The position numbers and the translations under genes were made by a program. Under the pieces are notes generated by a model. That model ran no database searches. It was not told where the DNA came from and saw only the letters and a program-made list of their open reading frames with translations. Below, piece by piece: positions 55,153 to 56,189 of a stretch of DNA of 56,189 nt (position 1 is the stretch's first letter; each line of letters starts with the position of its first letter). Location of the stretch: NCBI GenBank assembly GCA_963204995.1, contig CAUJKL010000933.1:1-56189 (forward strand), given 5' to 3'. Origin of the DNA: Planctomycetota bacterium (GTDB taxonomy: Bacteria; Planctomycetota; Planctomycetia; Pirellulales; Pirellulaceae).

Positions 55153-56189
55153 GCCTCTGCCTCCAGCAGTTGTGAAACCAGCAGTTCTTCGGCTTGTTGC
55201 AACCAACTGCGAAGCTGCGTTGGGTCTTGTAAGTCGATGTCACACTCGTGTAACTCGACCGCCGCTTTCGCCGCGAGCGGTGAAAGCTCTTCCGCCAATG
55301 CCGCCAGCTTTGCCTCGTCGCCGCGCAACTCTTCGATAGCACGCAGCAACTCGGCGACTAAATCGGAACCCGAGCGAAGCCGAGCGATATCGATCGGCGT
55401 CCGCGTTTCGCGCTTGATCTTTTCGATCCAGACTTCGTCGTCGAATTCATTTGCCAGGTTGCGGATCTCGGCCAGCGTCTCTTCGCGTCGCACGGCGTGT
55501 ACTAATTCGCGATGTGCGGCACAAGCTCCACGAACAACGACGCGAATCGCCGAGACACGACCTTTCCCCGACTCATGACAGGCGGAGACTTGCTGTCGAA
55601 CCTGTGCCAGCAAGTCACCAATGTCGTCCTGCTCGGCCAGCTCGACCGCAGCGAGATGCCAACGCAGCGTATCGGTTTCGAGGAATTCGGTTGTTTCCAA
55701 TTCGCCTGCGACAACCGTATTCAACAAGCAGCCACGCGGTCCCGTTTCCCGAATGTGCCGGCCTTGCGTGTTCCCTGAGTAACCGATGTAGGGCCGCAGC
55801 GAAACAGGCGGCTCTGATCGCAGATGAATGTGCCCCAAAGCCCAGTAGTCATAGCCTTTCGAGCGGAGAACGGCCTCGCTGGTCGGTGCATAGGTATCAT
55901 GTTCCGAGCTGCCGGTCAGGCTGGTATGCAGCACGCCGATGTTAAACACGCCGTCGATCGCGGTTGGATAGGTTGCCGCCAAGTCGTCGTTGCACTCTTG
56001 GTGCGAGAACCCTTGCCCATGCAGAGCGACCTTAACGCCATCGACAAGAAACGTTTCGGGTTTGCGAACGGAGAACTCATGGACGTTATCGGGCCAGGTG
56101 ACGGCTTGCCGCACTTTGCTAGCGGCGTCGTGATTGCCGCGTAGCAGATAGACAGGAATCCCCGCTCGCTCCAATCTGCGAAACTGTCC
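55149..56189 (-). CDS. SbcD/Mre11-like metallophosphoesterase (YhaO-type), N-terminus beyond the window edge
   Basis: VYLLRGNHDAAS, ALHGQG and WALGHIHL phosphoesterase motifs. The reading frame stays open to the window end, so the gene is 5'-truncated here. Confidence 0.8.
   Translation of the reverse strand, partial: GQFRRLERAGIPVYLLRGNHDAASKVRQAVTWPDNVHEFSVRKPETFLVDGVKVALHGQGFSHQECNDDLAATYPTAIDGVFNIGVLHTSLTGSSEHDTYAPTSEAVLRSKGYDYWALGHIHLRSEPPVSLRPYIGYSGNTQGRHIRETGPRGCLLNTVVAGELETTEFLETDTLRWHLAAVELAEQDDIGDLLAQVRQQVSACHESGKGRVSAIRVVVRGACAAHRELVHAVRREETLAEIRNLANEFDDEVWIEKIKRETRTPIDIARLRSGSDLVAELLRAIEELRGDEAKLAALAEELSPLAAKAAVELHECDIDLQDPTQLRSWLQQAEELLVSQLLEAEA

Noticed and set aside
51547-55578. 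Plus-strand ORFs of 259, 224, 189, 180, 190 and 368 aa
   Set aside because: All are antisense or off-frame reads of the coiled-coil-rich YhaN-like ATPase gene. Heptad-repeat genes rich in Leu/Glu/Ala/Gln codons generate long open antisense frames.

Overview
This 56.2-kb window looks like chromosomal DNA from a Planctomycetota (Pirellulales-like) genome. The taxonomic call rests on family content: two DUF1559 prepilin-like H-X9-DG proteins, a PSCyt/PSD1 + DUF1501 gene pair, an ASPIC/UnbV FG-GAP protein, and many signal-anchored orphan proteins. Housekeeping genes are guaA, an internally deleted surE, an FKBP PPIase, eno, ribE, an IMPase and an ECF sigma factor. Between them lie three blocks worth a second look. 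(1) 33447-44112 is a PilM-to-secretin gene set. The PilM ATPase is fused through a TM helix to a large periplasmic part. It is followed by two oversized bitopic proteins carrying Gly/Met/Tyr/Phe low-complexity tracts and by a 1268-aa secretin with a ~700-aa helical-repeat/coiled-coil N-terminal extension. No pilB/T/C, prepilin peptidase or major pilin gene lies inside the cluster. (2) 10336-20729 holds two translationally coupled giant envelope proteins (1146 and 2318 aa). They appear to be three paralogous ~1100-aa modules, each ending in a TM bundle. (3) 27832-30167 is a small accessory patch with an Rpn/PD-(D/E)xK nuclease, a possible IS remnant and a minimal nucleotidyltransferase. Other observations are a promoter-plus-terminator unit with no ORF (candidate sRNA or leader) at 21707-80, three unusually long intergenic inverted repeats (8020-92, 9416-72, 24091-171), and a YhaO/YhaN-type nuclease/ATPase pair running off the right edge. 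I recognised no rRNA, tRNA, CRISPR array or intact mobile element. All product calls come from motif reading by eye; no database search was possible.
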